DNA of 64,000 nucleotides. It comes from a phage. Each line of letters starts with the position of its first letter. Within the stretch, counting starts at the first letter, position 1. Made by a program: the position numbers and the translations under genes. The notes below the pieces were generated by a model that was not told the origin of the DNA, ran no database searches, and saw only the letters and a program-made list of their open reading frames with translations. Below, one piece after another: positions 9,108 through 22,113 of the stretch. The stretch lies in the sequence record PZ357121.2. One strand, written 5' to 3'.

Positions 9108-9595
9108 GTTTTAATAATCTCAATGATTTCATCTCGGGATAATCTATTGATAAGAACGGTTTTCGGACCATCGCACTGGATTTTGTACGATTCAAACAAT
9201 ACACACAACTCTTCTGCTGTATGATACGGACTTGAGATTCCGAGACGGTTGAATTTGTCGGTAAGAGGATCGCAAATAATGTAGAATTTTATACCTGAGA
9301 TATGTACGTTTGGTTGACTAATATTAATGAACACATTGGCGTCATATTTAGTCAAATTGTTTTGAAGAAATTCTACCATGGCATTAACTGCTTCCGGCAT
9401 CGCTTCACGTTTCTCTTCGGTGTAACGTGTTGAATATTCCTTTTGCTTTAACTTCTTTTTAGCATTTTTCGCTAGAGTAACACGTAGGTCAGTAAGATAA
9501 CCAACTGCACGGCCTTTCTTAAAGACTCGGATTCCGTCTGTAGAATCACCAAATGCTGCCACAACCATATCGTTAGTAATCAATTGCATATTCAT
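9095..9595 (-). CDS. alc: Alc-like protein (host transcription elongation inhibitor), called by position and size
   Basis: Track ORF 9095-9658 overlaps an early promoter; ATG at 9595 (MNMQL...) with GAGGAG RBS gives 167 aa, the size and position of T4 alc between pseT and rnlA. Confidence 0.5.
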   Translation of the reverse strand: MNMQLITNDMVVAAFGDSTDGIRVFKKGRAVGYLTDLRVTLAKNAKKKLKQKEYSTRYTEEKREAMPEAVNAMVEFLQNNLTKYDANVFINISQPNVHISGIKFYIICDPLTDKFNRLGISSPYHTAEELCVLFESYKIQCDGPKTVLINRLSRDEIIEIIKTCLK

Positions 9596-9625
9596 AATTT
9601 TCTCCTCGTGTTGTTGATAAAAGCC

Positions 9626-9655
9626 ATAGTAACACCTTCCTTGGTGTTTGTAAAC
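9626..9655 (-). promoter_or_regulatory. T4-type early promoter
   Basis: Minus GTTTAC (plus 9650-9655), 18-nt spacer, TACTAT (plus 9626-9631). Confidence 0.45.
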
Positions 9656-9657
9656 CA

Positions 9658-10791
<1,134 letters not shown>

Positions 10792-10836
10792 TCAGTTAGT
10801 TTTTTAAATTGTACCACAATCCTTGTGGCATGTAAA

Positions 10837-11247
10837 CTACTTTTTCTTATGTTGGATATTCCAAGGCGGGTTGAACTTTTTGATAAAAAGCGGTTCTTCA
10901 AGGTCCATTGTTGCGATGGTCATTGAACCAAGTTCGTTGGTGACTGAAAGGTCAAAACATTGGCGGGCCCAGAATTCAACCTTTTTGCCTTGCATTAAGG
11001 CATCCAAAATCATAAGTGATTTTCTTGAATCTGAAGTCTGGTCTTTTCGATTTATGGCTGTTCGATAATAGTTAATGCGTTTCTTTAAATTCTTGGTTTT
11101 ACCAATATACACAAGTTCGTCATCTATAGCAATAGCGTATATGACATTTTTCTTATTAGGGACATCAACTGTTTTAATTGTTGCATCTTCTAATAGCTCC
11201 AATTCTGTATATTTAATAAAGGAATATTCGGCGGCAATATCTTTCAT
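10837..11247 (-). CDS. denA: endonuclease II (GIY-YIG family)
   Basis: 136 aa with GIY-YIG-like core (YAIAIDDELVYIGKTKNLKKRI); T4 denA size and position next to nrdB. Confidence 0.8.
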   Translation of the reverse strand: MKDIAAEYSFIKYTELELLEDATIKTVDVPNKKNVIYAIAIDDELVYIGKTKNLKKRINYYRTAINRKDQTSDSRKSLMILDALMQGKKVEFWARQCFDLSVTNELGSMTIATMDLEEPLFIKKFNPPWNIQHKKK

Positions 11248-11255
11248 AATAAAGT

Positions 11256-11269
11256 GGGACCGAAGTCCC
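11256..11269 (-). other. intergenic stem-loop between nrdB and denA
   Basis: gggaccgaagtccc palindrome with a CGAA/UUCG loop, 13 nt from the denA ATG region. Confidence 0.4.
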
Positions 11270-11273
11270 GTCC

Positions 11274-12413
11274 TTAGAAATATTTTTTGTATGAATTGAT
11301 TACATTTTGGTCTACATCATTATCAATTTGTGCGACAAGATAAGAACTGATTTCAACTTCCTGAGGAGCTGCTTGAACTAAATCAGAGTTCAGATATTCA
11401 CGAATCCAAGGATACGGATGCTTGGTCGGAGCATCAGTGATTGGGCATGGCAAACCACACTGTTTCATACGAGACACAGTCAAGTAATCAACAAAAGCAC
11501 ACATACTCTGCGTATTGATACCTGGGCATGTACCGTCTTTAAAGAGGTGTGCAGCCCATTCCTTCTCTTGTCTATTTACTTCCATAAAAATGTCAACTGC
11601 TTCTTGTTCACATTCTTTAGCAATTTGAACCCACTCATCACCATCAGTACCAGATTGAAGTTGACGGATAATGTACTGAGTACCCTTGAGGTGGAGTTGT
11701 TCGTCACGAGCAATGAACTTCATAATCTTTGCATTACCTTCCATAATTTCCATATTTTTATGGAAGTTGAAAGTACATGCAAATGATACGTAAAAACGAA
11801 TAGCTTCCAGAGCGTTGATTACATGCAGACAGAGGTAAAGAGAACGCATTAGTTCGTATTTAGCCTGTTTTACGCCTTCGCTAAACTCGTGATATTCTTC
11901 TAAAGCATTCTGGTAAAGGCGAGTCTTGACTAGAACATCATCGTAATATTTACCTATTGATTCAGCTCGTTTCATGATTGCTTCGTCTAATACAATTTCA
12001 TCAAATACCTTAGATGGATCCGTATAAAGATTTCGCATAATATGAGTATACGAACGAGAGTGAATAGTTTCACTGAATGTCCATGTTGCAACCCACGTAT
12101 CTAATGAAGGGTCGGAAATCAGTGCCATAAGTACCGCAGATGGGGCCCTGCCTTGGATAGAATCTAATAATGATTGATACTTAAGATTGTTTGTAAAGAT
12201 GTCCTGTTGGAACTGAGGAAGCTTATTGAACTGCGCAGAGTCCAACATCAAGTTTACCTCTTCGGGACGCCAGAAAAATGACAAGGATTTTTCTATAAGT
12301 TCTTCAAAAACTTTATGACGCTGAATATCATACCGTGCGAGGCCAAGACCAGAACCAAAGAACATTGGTTCATTCAAAACATCGACTTGTTGTGTGTTAA
12401 AAACTGTACTCAT
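11274..12413 (-). CDS. nrdB: ribonucleotide reductase small subunit
   Basis: 379 aa, uninterrupted; strong similarity to T4/E. coli NrdB. Confidence 0.95.
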   Translation of the reverse strand: MSTVFNTQQVDVLNEPMFFGSGLGLARYDIQRHKVFEELIEKSLSFFWRPEEVNLMLDSAQFNKLPQFQQDIFTNNLKYQSLLDSIQGRAPSAVLMALISDPSLDTWVATWTFSETIHSRSYTHIMRNLYTDPSKVFDEIVLDEAIMKRAESIGKYYDDVLVKTRLYQNALEEYHEFSEGVKQAKYELMRSLYLCLHVINALEAIRFYVSFACTFNFHKNMEIMEGNAKIMKFIARDEQLHLKGTQYIIRQLQSGTDGDEWVQIAKECEQEAVDIFMEVNRQEKEWAAHLFKDGTCPGINTQSMCAFVDYLTVSRMKQCGLPCPITDAPTKHPYPWIREYLNSDLVQAAPQEVEISSYLVAQIDNDVDQNVINSYKKYF

Positions 12414-12466
12414 TATATTTTCTCACTTAGTTTAACTCATCCATGAGTAAATTATAATCAAAAGTC

Positions 12467-13456
12467 TTAAAGCTTACAAGCAGAACAATCTTCAGCTTTA
12501 GGTGTTTCTAATTCATAGTCATCTGTACCTGACCCATCACGAGTGTTATGATAGTAGAGGTTTTTTCCGCCAAAGTACCAGAAGTAAAGTAGATCGTCAA
12601 GCATTACTGACATTGGTACTTTACCTTTCTCAAATACTGCAGGGTCATAGTAAGTATTAGCAGAAGCAGATTGGCACACCCATTTCAACATGATAGCAAC
12701 TTGGGTCAAATAAGGTTTATTACCTTTCTTAGCAAGTTTCCACGCATAGTCGTAAAGACTCATATTATGTTCGATATTAGGAACAACCTGTCGGAAGTTG
12801 CCTTCTTTAGATTCTTTAATACTTACTGGACCACGCGGGGGCTCAATCCCGTTTGTAGAGTTTGATACTTGGCTGCTTGACTCACAAGGCATGAGTGCAG
12901 ACAACGTTGAGTTACGAATTCCGTGTTCTTTGAGTTCAGCTCGAAGTTCTTCCCAGTCACAGACGTAGTTCGGGGCTGCGATTTGGTCAATCTTTTTATT
13001 GTACCAGTCGATAGGTAATTCGCCTCTAGACCATTTAGTGTCTGAATAATACTCGCAACATCCTTTTTCTTTGGCGAGTTTGATTGAAGCTTTGATAAGG
13101 CCATATTGCAATCTCTCAAACAATTCATGAGTCAAATCGTTAGCGTCTTCATACGAAGCAAAGTTAGAAGCTAACCATGCAGCATAGTTCGTAACACCAA
13201 TACCGAGGTTTCGACGCTTTTTAGCTTTTAAAGCTTCTGGAACCGGATAATCTTGATAGTCTAACAGGTTATCAAGTGCACGTACTTGTACTTCAGCAAG
13301 TTCATTAATTTTATCTTGGTCTTGCCAATCAAATTTATCAAGAACAAAGGCAGAAAGAGTGCAGAGGCCCACTTCACCTTTGTTTTCAATAACTTGTATT
13401 GTTGTATACTCATCATCTTCGTAAAATTCATCTACAAATTCATAATCAATATTCAT
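12467..13456 (-). CDS. nrdA: ribonucleotide reductase large subunit, C-terminal piece
   Basis: 329 aa aligning to the C-terminal third of NrdA (GLCTLSAF..., SALMPCESSSQVSNSTNGIEPPRG, C-terminal CSACKL); has its own ATG. Confidence 0.85.
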   Translation of the reverse strand: MNIDYEFVDEFYEDDEYTTIQVIENKGEVGLCTLSAFVLDKFDWQDQDKINELAEVQVRALDNLLDYQDYPVPEALKAKKRRNLGIGVTNYAAWLASNFASYEDANDLTHELFERLQYGLIKASIKLAKEKGCCEYYSDTKWSRGELPIDWYNKKIDQIAAPNYVCDWEELRAELKEHGIRNSTLSALMPCESSSQVSNSTNGIEPPRGPVSIKESKEGNFRQVVPNIEHNMSLYDYAWKLAKKGNKPYLTQVAIMLKWVCQSASANTYYDPAVFEKGKVPMSVMLDDLLYFWYFGGKNLYYHNTRDGSGTDDYELETPKAEDCSACKL

Positions 13457-14156
13457 TTAATTCTTCTACCTTTTTTCGAGATATTCCTAGAGCTTTAGAT
13501 GCTCGATGTATTGATTGATATTCTATACCGTTTATTTTTACAGCAATTAAGTTATGGGGTTTTAATCCCTTTGGATGAGGTTTACTGACGTATTCTTGAT
13601 TATCGTTTTCAGAGATATTATCAAGCTTTCGACACTTAAAGCCTTTATGTTGAGACCTTTTGCCTTTGCATACGGCCGACATTGCCGAAGCATTGAGTGA
13701 ATGTAGTTCGCAAAATTCTCTTAGGCCTTTATGGATTTCTTCATGACCGTCTGGGAAAGTAAATACCCAAGTTGTTTGAAGTTTTTCTCTATGCTCGTCA
13801 GTTACCGGAATACCTTTGTTCCAAGCTGGTTTGCCTTTATTATTTTCAGATACAGAAATAGCCAATTTTCTTCTAAGCCACCCATGGCGTTTATTGGTGT
13901 TCTTTCGTTCAATATTATCTTCAGAATAAACACACATCATATTAGCGGCAAATACCAATTTATAATTATCTGGATATATCTTTACTAATAATTGATGAGC
14001 TATGTAATGCTCTTCGGGTGTCAAATCTACCAGGTTTTCCTTTGTATCAGAACCACCAATACACAGAGGTATAATATGGTGTGATTCGGTATAGCAATCT
14101 AATTTTCTGTTCTTAGCTTTAGAAATAAGGTTATTGTAAATTTTAGAATAATCCAT
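13446..14156 (-). mobile_element. HNH homing endonuclease (MobE-like) inserted within nrdA
   Basis: 236 aa with HNH core (ESHHIIPLCIGGSDTKENLV...EEHYIAHQ) plus repeated NUMOD-like DNA-binding modules; ATG at 14156. Confidence 0.8.
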
Positions 14157-14201
14157 AACTTTTCCTCTTGTTATGGATTATTTATTAACGGTCTGTGTAC
14201 T

Positions 14202-15635
14202 TTATTTGCTTTGAATTATACCGCCAGGATTAGCTTCATAAAACTTAGCTACATCCGACTTCTTAATTTTGATTAAACGGGTTTGTTGGCTATTCACATC
14301 ATTAGTTGGAATAGCGATTTCACAACATAAGTTACTCTGACGAATTGGAGCTTTTTCACGAATAAATGGAGTGTAGTTATTCGTGTTATCAACGAATTGT
14401 GGATAAATTCGAGCAGTGCCAGAACGTTCAGTCATGAACAATTCAAAGAGTTCTAGTGCTTTGATTCTTTTCTTTCTGATTGTCGGGTCTTTTTCAGCTT
14501 TCTCATAAAGCTCACGGAATTTATCTTGATCTTCAAAGAACGAGTAGTATAGTTCGCCTGACATTTCGTGAGGGCTAAATAAAGTAATATAATCATTTTT
14601 ACCAAGGCGTTCCATCATAAGGTCATTAATCTGAATTCCGTAGTCCATATGTCGAATACGGTTTTCATCCACGCCTTTGTTATTTTTCAGAACTAATAGG
14701 TTCTCTACTTCTAAGTGCCACATCGGATAATACGCTGTAGCAGCACCACCACGAATACCACCTTGAGAACAAGATTTTACTGCAGTTTGGAAATGTTTCC
14801 AGAATGGAATAACACCTGTATGTCGAACTTCACCCATACCGATCTTAGAACCTTCTGCACGAAGCATACCAACGTTGATACCGATACCAGCTCGTTTAGA
14901 AATATATTCAATAATTGATGCTGAAGTTTTGTTAATAGATTTTAACGAATCACCGGCTTCAATAACTACACAACTAGAGAACTGGCGAGTTGGAGTACGA
15001 GCACCTGCCATAATTGGAGTAGGCAATGAAACTTGATGAGTAGAAACGGCATCATAAAAACGAATAATATGTTTCAAACGGTCATGAGTTTCGTTTTGGT
15101 GTAAGGCCATGCCAATAGCCATGATAGCAAACTGGGGAGTTTCATAAATCTTCCCAGTTGTTTTATCTTTAACTAGATATTTTTCTTTAAGCTGCATAGC
15201 ACCAGCATAAGTCAGGTCAAAGTCTCGTTCATGTTTAATCTGTGAATCGAGATAAATGATTTCTTCTGCTGAATATTGAGACAACAGCTCAGGGTCATAT
15301 TTGCCTTCATTAACACAATAAGAAATATGGTCGATAAAAGCAGGCGGTTCAAACTGCCCATATACATCTTTACGAAGTGCAAACATTAGCCCTTTGGCGG
15401 CGACATACTGATAATCAGGTTCTTCGACAGAAATCGAGTTAGCTGCAACTTTAATACAAATCTTCTGGATATCTTTGGTGCTCATCCCGTCGACAAGATG
15501 GGTCTTAATTTCTTCGTACAATTCATATGGGTCAATTTGTGTTCCTTCACACTGCCAAGTTAAGACTTGAATAATTTTCTGTGCATCAAAATTTTGGGAT
15601 ACACCTGAATTTTTCACTACTTTAAAATTATACAT
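14202..15635 (-). CDS. nrdA: ribonucleotide reductase large subunit, N-terminal piece
   Basis: 477 aa aligning to the NrdA N-terminus through the active-site block SNLCCEIAIPT, then ending in its own stop. Confidence 0.85.
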   Translation of the reverse strand: MYNFKVVKNSGVSQNFDAQKIIQVLTWQCEGTQIDPYELYEEIKTHLVDGMSTKDIQKICIKVAANSISVEEPDYQYVAAKGLMFALRKDVYGQFEPPAFIDHISYCVNEGKYDPELLSQYSAEEIIYLDSQIKHERDFDLTYAGAMQLKEKYLVKDKTTGKIYETPQFAIMAIGMALHQNETHDRLKHIIRFYDAVSTHQVSLPTPIMAGARTPTRQFSSCVVIEAGDSLKSINKTSASIIEYISKRAGIGINVGMLRAEGSKIGMGEVRHTGVIPFWKHFQTAVKSCSQGGIRGGAATAYYPMWHLEVENLLVLKNNKGVDENRIRHMDYGIQINDLMMERLGKNDYITLFSPHEMSGELYYSFFEDQDKFRELYEKAEKDPTIRKKRIKALELFELFMTERSGTARIYPQFVDNTNNYTPFIREKAPIRQSNLCCEIAIPTNDVNSQQTRLIKIKKSDVAKFYEANPGGIIQSK

Positions 15636-16275
15636 AATAATTCCATGTTGGATAATTTGATGATTTTAGACGGCGTCTAACCGTTTGGGTGCTCATAGAT
15701 AAAGCTATTGACGCTTCATTTAATGTATCATATATTACGTCGTTTATAATTACTTTCTTTGCAAATGGATTCTTAGCTCCTATCATAGCATTAGAAATAG
15801 CTTGCTTAGTTGATTCTTTTAATGGGACTCCTTTAGAAATTTTTGATTTAATTTTTATATTGTATTGTCCACGTTTTTTACCTAATAAAGAATTTCGTAT
15901 CTTTTCTTTAGTCTCTTCAGATTTAACATGTCCTAGTTTGGAACGAGATATTTTATCTTTTGTTTTTTGGTCTAATTTTCGCCCTTTAAGCAAATCAACC
16001 ATTTTTGCTCTAGCCCATCCAAATTCTTTATTATTTCTAGAACTCATTAAATTAACCGCGGTTGCTAAACCTAAATTGTTCGGATATATTTTTAATAAAA
16101 GAAGATGAGCCAAATAATGTTCTGAATATGTTAATTTAACTAGATTGTATGACTCATTGGTGCCACCTAAACATTTTGGGATTATATGATGCCATTCACC
16201 ATCTATATCTTCAAAATTTCTTTCTTTATTTACCAAGTTTTTATATATTTTTAAATAATCCATAATATAATCCAC
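15628..16275 (-). mobile_element. HNH homing endonuclease, free-standing, upstream of nrdA
   Basis: 215 aa with HNH core (WHHIIPKCLGGTNESYNLV...SEHYLAHL) and K-rich NUMOD-like repeats; track start is GTG, probable ATG at 16263. Confidence 0.75.
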
Positions 16276-16338
16276 TTTGTAGTATCAACGGGATAGTATT
16301 TATCCCGTTAATTTATTATACACTTTTAAACTGAAGCG

Positions 16339-16593
16339 TTAATTATTCTTAGCAATAATTTCTTTGTATTCTTTAGGAGTCAAAACTGTGATATCGAAAT
16401 AAACCAATGGTTCTTTTTCCATACCGTAACCACCACAAAATTCACGATATTCATAAATTCGTTCATGTGAATAACAAATGAATCGTTCACCTTTAACTGT
16501 GATTTCACTATTTGGTGAAGGGATATCTAGTTCGGTAGGATTTTTCATTTCAAAAATTGTGGTGCCATATGAATTAATAAAACGTAAAATCAT
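16339..16593 (-). CDS. hypothetical protein
   Basis: 84-aa ORF abutting td. Confidence 0.5.
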   Translation of the reverse strand: MILRFINSYGTTIFEMKNPTELDIPSPNSEITVKGERFICYSHERIYEYREFCGGYGMEKEPLVYFDITVLTPKEYKEIIAKNN

Positions 16594-18289
<1,696 letters not shown>

Positions 18290-18353
18290 TTTATTCTCCG
18301 CTTCACTTTTGATTTGATAGGGCTACTATAACATAGCCCTATCTTGTTATAAA

Positions 18354-18746
18354 CTACTTTTTAAAAGTTTTTTGCAAAAGTTTGATGATTTCGTCGACGT
18401 TGGTTTCATCTACGATACAATGGATTTTTGTTACACCTAAAGTTATACCTTCGTTAGTAGGTTGAGGCTTTACTAAATCTACCTCAGTAAAGTATTTGAA
18501 CTCGTCAGGATAAATCTCAAAATAAGTTTCAATTTCACCGCCGGCAGAGCATACAGTACCGTCTTCCATAGTTACACTTACTACATTTGGCGTATCGTCA
18601 TCATAATCAGGTTCCATTCCGTTTACAACAAAACTAGGCCCGTGGAGTTCAATCAATTTTAACATCTTAGCGTTATTGTGCGGCGCTTCTTGAACAAAGT
18701 CGTCTTTAAATAAAGGGTTAATGATATAAGATTTTCCGATTTCCAT
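18354..18746 (-). CDS. hypothetical protein
   Basis: 130-aa ORF with an early promoter upstream. Confidence 0.5.
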   Translation of the reverse strand: MEIGKSYIINPLFKDDFVQEAPHNNAKMLKLIELHGPSFVVNGMEPDYDDDTPNVVSVTMEDGTVCSAGGEIETYFEIYPDEFKYFTEVDLVKPQPTNEGITLGVTKIHCIVDETNVDEIIKLLQKTFKK

Positions 18747-18775
18747 TTTGATTTCCTCATGTTGTTGATAAGTCT

Positions 18776-18804
18776 ATATTAACACATCCAGGGAAGAAGT
18801 AAAC
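18776..18804 (-). promoter_or_regulatory. T4-type early promoter
   Basis: Minus GTTTAC (plus 18799-18804), 17-nt spacer, TAATAT (plus 18776-18781). Confidence 0.45.
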
Positions 18805-18829
18805 AGCTTTTTCGGCAATTTACAGATAC

Positions 18830-18853
18830 TCAAAAGGGAGACCGAAGTCTCCC
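18830..18853 (-). terminator. intrinsic terminator downstream of gene 32
   Basis: gggagaccgaagtctccc (18836-18853) followed on the minus strand by CTTTTG. Confidence 0.6.
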
Positions 18854-18859
18854 GATTTA

Positions 18860-19762
18860 TTATAGACCTGCTAACAGGTCATCGAGGTCACCATCATCAG
18901 AGGATGAGGTAGAGCTCATGAAGTCATCTTCAGTTTTTGCAGAACTAAAGGCTTCCATGTCTTTATCAAAATCGTCAAGGTCAGAAGCAACTTTATCTGC
19001 AACAGAAGCTGCTGCGGCTGCTGCACCACCAAGAGCGGCAGTACCAAGAACCTTAGCGAAAGATTCATTTAATTTTTCAAAGGATTTGAACTGGTCTTTA
19101 GCCGTCAAAGTGGTAAGGTCTACCATCTGGTCATATAGTTCTTTCTGGAATGCTTCATCATTAATACGAGGAATTTCAGATTGACCCAAGAATTTAGATT
19201 CGTCATAGTTGCTAAAACCAGAAACCTGCTTAGCTTTCAGAACGAAGTTAGCACCTTCAAACGGACAAGTAACATCAACTGGAGTTTCACCCATTTCGGT
19301 ATCAACTGCAATCATTGCATTGATTTTGTCCCAAATCTTTTTACCGAAACGATATTTAAATACTTTACCTTCGTTATCTGGAGCTTGAGGGTCTTTAACA
19401 ACCAGAATATTAGCCCAATAAGAAGTTTTACGTTTCAGTTGAGAATATTCAGCTTTGTTGGTATTGTACAGGTCATTTTTACTAATGTACTGACATACAG
19501 GACAAGAGTCGTAATCACCATGTGTAGAAGAGCAATTTTCAATATACCATTTACCATTTTTCTTGAAACCGTGGTTAACAAGAATTGCAAATGGTAGTGC
19601 ATCATCAGTTTTTGCTGGCAAGAAACGAATTACCGCTTGACCATTACCGGATGCATCTAGCTTCAGCTTCCATTCGCCTTTATCTTCTGAAGAGAAACCT
19701 TTGTTACCATTCAGTTTAGCCATTTGAGCAGCGAGGTCAGCAGTAGATTTACGTTTAAACAT
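18860..19762 (-). CDS. 32: single-stranded DNA-binding protein gp32
   Basis: 300 aa, strong similarity to T4 gp32 including the zinc-site residues (H...CPVCQY) and acidic C-terminus. Confidence 0.95.
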   Translation of the reverse strand: MFKRKSTADLAAQMAKLNGNKGFSSEDKGEWKLKLDASGNGQAVIRFLPAKTDDALPFAILVNHGFKKNGKWYIENCSSTHGDYDSCPVCQYISKNDLYNTNKAEYSQLKRKTSYWANILVVKDPQAPDNEGKVFKYRFGKKIWDKINAMIAVDTEMGETPVDVTCPFEGANFVLKAKQVSGFSNYDESKFLGQSEIPRINDEAFQKELYDQMVDLTTLTAKDQFKSFEKLNESFAKVLGTAALGGAAAAAASVADKVASDLDDFDKDMEAFSSAKTEDDFMSSTSSSDDGDLDDLLAGL

Positions 19763-19879
19763 GGATTATTACCTTTTATTTAGATTATTTAATTATTTAC
19801 AGTTGGTTGCTACGACACTTATACCTCGTAGCTGGTATGATTTATTTATAAAGTAATTTTAACACACAAGAAATAAAGC

Positions 19880-20533
19880 TTAATACTTACATGATTTGAT
19901 TGTTTCTATGAACAATTTCTTAGCAGCATTTCCATCGATTTGAAGTATTTTTCGATATGCCTTTAATTTGGTAGAATAATTTTGCCAGACTAAGTTATCG
20001 GTGAGTTCGTCGTGCTTATCTATAATATTCAAAAATGAATCTAACAACAAGAAAGTCTCAAATGAAATTATATTGCTTTGTAGCAATTTGAATATGTAGC
20101 TTGACTGAACGTTGTTATTATAATCAAATATCTCTTGAAGCGCACTAACTTCAACTTTCTTACTGAAATAGTAGATGTTACGTACGTCTTCAGCAAACGA
20201 CTCTTTAGCTTGTTTGAGACGTCCAATATATTCCCTATAGAAAACTAATGCATCAGCGTCCGATATCTCACCAATCCATGCGTCTTGGTTAGCAACTAAG
20301 TTGCTTATGAATATCAAGGTGAGTTCCTTCAATTTATATTTCTCTGCTAGTTTTTCAAAGAAATATTTATCTCGGCGTTTTTGATACGCATTATCCGAAA
20401 CACGCATGCACCAGTTATATTTGATTACGTCATACCGACCATTAAAATGTTGTTTGCACATCAAGTATAGTTTGTATACCGATTTTCCGTTAATATAACG
20501 TTCTCCGTCAGGAGGCATGCGTATTTTAATCAT
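19880..20533 (-). CDS. 59: helicase loader gp59
   Basis: 217 aa, same length as T4 gp59 with high similarity (MIKIRMPPDGERYINGKSVYKLY...). Confidence 0.9.
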   Translation of the reverse strand: MIKIRMPPDGERYINGKSVYKLYLMCKQHFNGRYDVIKYNWCMRVSDNAYQKRRDKYFFEKLAEKYKLKELTLIFISNLVANQDAWIGEISDADALVFYREYIGRLKQAKESFAEDVRNIYYFSKKVEVSALQEIFDYNNNVQSSYIFKLLQSNIISFETFLLLDSFLNIIDKHDELTDNLVWQNYSTKLKAYRKILQIDGNAAKKLFIETIKSCKY

Positions 20534-20868
20534 AATAAGAAATCTAACGTATTAGTTTTTTCACCACGAGCAACTGATGGGCGAAGCATGTTTTCGTCAA
20601 TTGCTTCGCTTGTAATTTTTTCAACAATTCCTGTAGGAATAAATTTAGCAAATTGTGTTTCTGGAATAGAATTTTCTTCCAAGAAAGCAGTTGTTGCTTC
20701 TAAATAAGACATACCAAATTGTTCAACCATGGATTCGATAATGAATCCATTTTCTTGTCGGTCAAGCAATTTAGCGATATCATCTTTATCGTGTTTTACT
20801 GCTAATTCTTGTTCAGATAAACCGGCCTCATCAACCGGTTTAATATCACTTAGTGAAAACTGTGTCAT
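20530..20868 (-). CDS. 33: late transcription co-activator gp33
   Basis: 112 aa, T4 gp33 size and position, acidic protein. Confidence 0.8.
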   Translation of the reverse strand: MTQFSLSDIKPVDEAGLSEQELAVKHDKDDIAKLLDRQENGFIIESMVEQFGMSYLEATTAFLEENSIPETQFAKFIPTGIVEKITSEAIDENMLRPSVARGEKTNTLDFLL

Positions 20869-21133
20869 AAAGCTCGACTACCTCTTCGTTTTCAGCTTCA
20901 AATTGGTCACGTGCGTCTTTATGATAAAGAGCTAACAAACGATTAAACATTTTTCCATCGACGCCAAGCTCTTCTTTAGCACGAGTACGAATGTCTTTAA
21001 TCAGTTCATTATAACCAGAAATTTTAAGTTTGTTATCGGAAGCTTCCTTGACTAGTTTAGCCAGTTCTTCACCGTGCACATCTTGATTAAATTCAACTGC
21101 TTCTTTCTTAGCCATGTTTACCTCAGAATTCAT
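20846..21133 (-). CDS. dsbA: dsDNA-binding late transcription enhancer DsbA
   Basis: About 90 aa from MAKKEAVEF...; T4 dsbA position between 33 and rnh. Confidence 0.7.
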   Translation of the reverse strand: MNSEVNMAKKEAVEFNQDVHGEELAKLVKEASDNKLKISGYNELIKDIRTRAKEELGVDGKMFNRLLALYHKDARDQFEAENEEVVELYDTVFTK

Positions 21134-22040
21134 TAATTACACTTGTTAATTTAGAAAGACCAGATTTTACAAAATATGAATAAATCTTGCCTTTAGGTTG
21201 TTGTTTATATGAGTTATAATACTCTATAATGGTTGAAGCAATATTATCAGGGATATAATCAAAATCAATGAGAACCAAATTTTCTTGATACCGTTTATAT
21301 TCTTCTGCACTTAATAATACTTCAGCTTGAGAACGGTCATTGGCAATTGCTTCAATAATCGATGTTTTCATACTCGGAGTTCGTTCACCATCAACTCTGG
21401 TAAACCAGAAGTCGCCACGAACTCGAACAGATGCAACACCATCCTTACGGTCACCTTTAAGAATTTTAGTCATGCAATCAATTTCAGCAGAACCGTTCTT
21501 AATTTTAACCCATTTTTTCTGTGGTGGCGACCACTGTTTAACGTTAGGATATTTGTGTAATTGTGTAAAGTCGCCATCTGATGCAACAATACATACTTTA
21601 TGTCCAGCTAATGACAAATATTTAGTTAATACACCGATATGGTCATCCGCTTCATATTTGTCAATATCCATTACAACGTATGGCATGTATTTCTTAATCT
21701 CATCAACAACTTGATGGAGTGCAGTAAAATATCCTTCCCAATCCCACTTTGAAGCTTCACGATCGGTTTTACGATTTTTCTTGTAATAGTAAGCAAAGTC
21801 ACGACGCCAATAACCTGAAGTAGCATTATCCATACACAATACAAATTTTGTATAGCCTTGCTTACGGAACATCACTACGTTTTTACGAATTGAATTCAAG
21901 ATTACATGGCGAACCATTGGAACGGTAATTTTATCACCGTCTTCAAAGTTGTTTAATGCGGCTGCCAATGCAATGTTACTAAAGTCGGCAAGTGCAATAC
22001 CTTCTTTGTAATCTTCATCCAACATCATTTCTAAATCCAT
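21123..22040 (-). CDS. rnh: RNase H (5'-3' exonuclease, FEN-1 family)
   Basis: 305 aa, T4 rnh size and position. Confidence 0.85.
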   Translation of the reverse strand: MDLEMMLDEDYKEGIALADFSNIALAAALNNFEDGDKITVPMVRHVILNSIRKNVVMFRKQGYTKFVLCMDNATSGYWRRDFAYYYKKNRKTDREASKWDWEGYFTALHQVVDEIKKYMPYVVMDIDKYEADDHIGVLTKYLSLAGHKVCIVASDGDFTQLHKYPNVKQWSPPQKKWVKIKNGSAEIDCMTKILKGDRKDGVASVRVRGDFWFTRVDGERTPSMKTSIIEAIANDRSQAEVLLSAEEYKRYQENLVLIDFDYIPDNIASTIIEYYNSYKQQPKGKIYSYFVKSGLSKLTSVINEF

Positions 22041-22071
22041 ATGAACCTCTTGTTCAGTTAGTCAACTTGTC

Positions 22072-22102
22072 TATAGTAACACACTCATTTGAAAGCGTAA
22101 AC
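22072..22102 (-). promoter_or_regulatory. early promoter for rnh
   Basis: Minus GTTTAC (plus 22097-22102), 18-nt spacer, TACTAT; divergent from the late promoter of gene 34. Confidence 0.45.
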
Positions 22103-22105
22103 TGG

Positions 22106-22113
22106 TATAAATA
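22106..22113 (+). promoter_or_regulatory. T4 late promoter (TATAAATA) for gene 34
   Basis: tataaata about 30 nt upstream of the gene 34 ATG, with AAAGGAAAAA RBS between. Confidence 0.55.

Noticed and set aside
13446-14201. Group I intron or intein interrupting nrdA
   Set aside because: Only 45 nt separate the upstream NrdA ORF from the HNH ORF, and the HNH ORF overlaps the downstream NrdA ATG, leaving no room for an intron core; both NrdA pieces have their own stop or start and unmatched tails.
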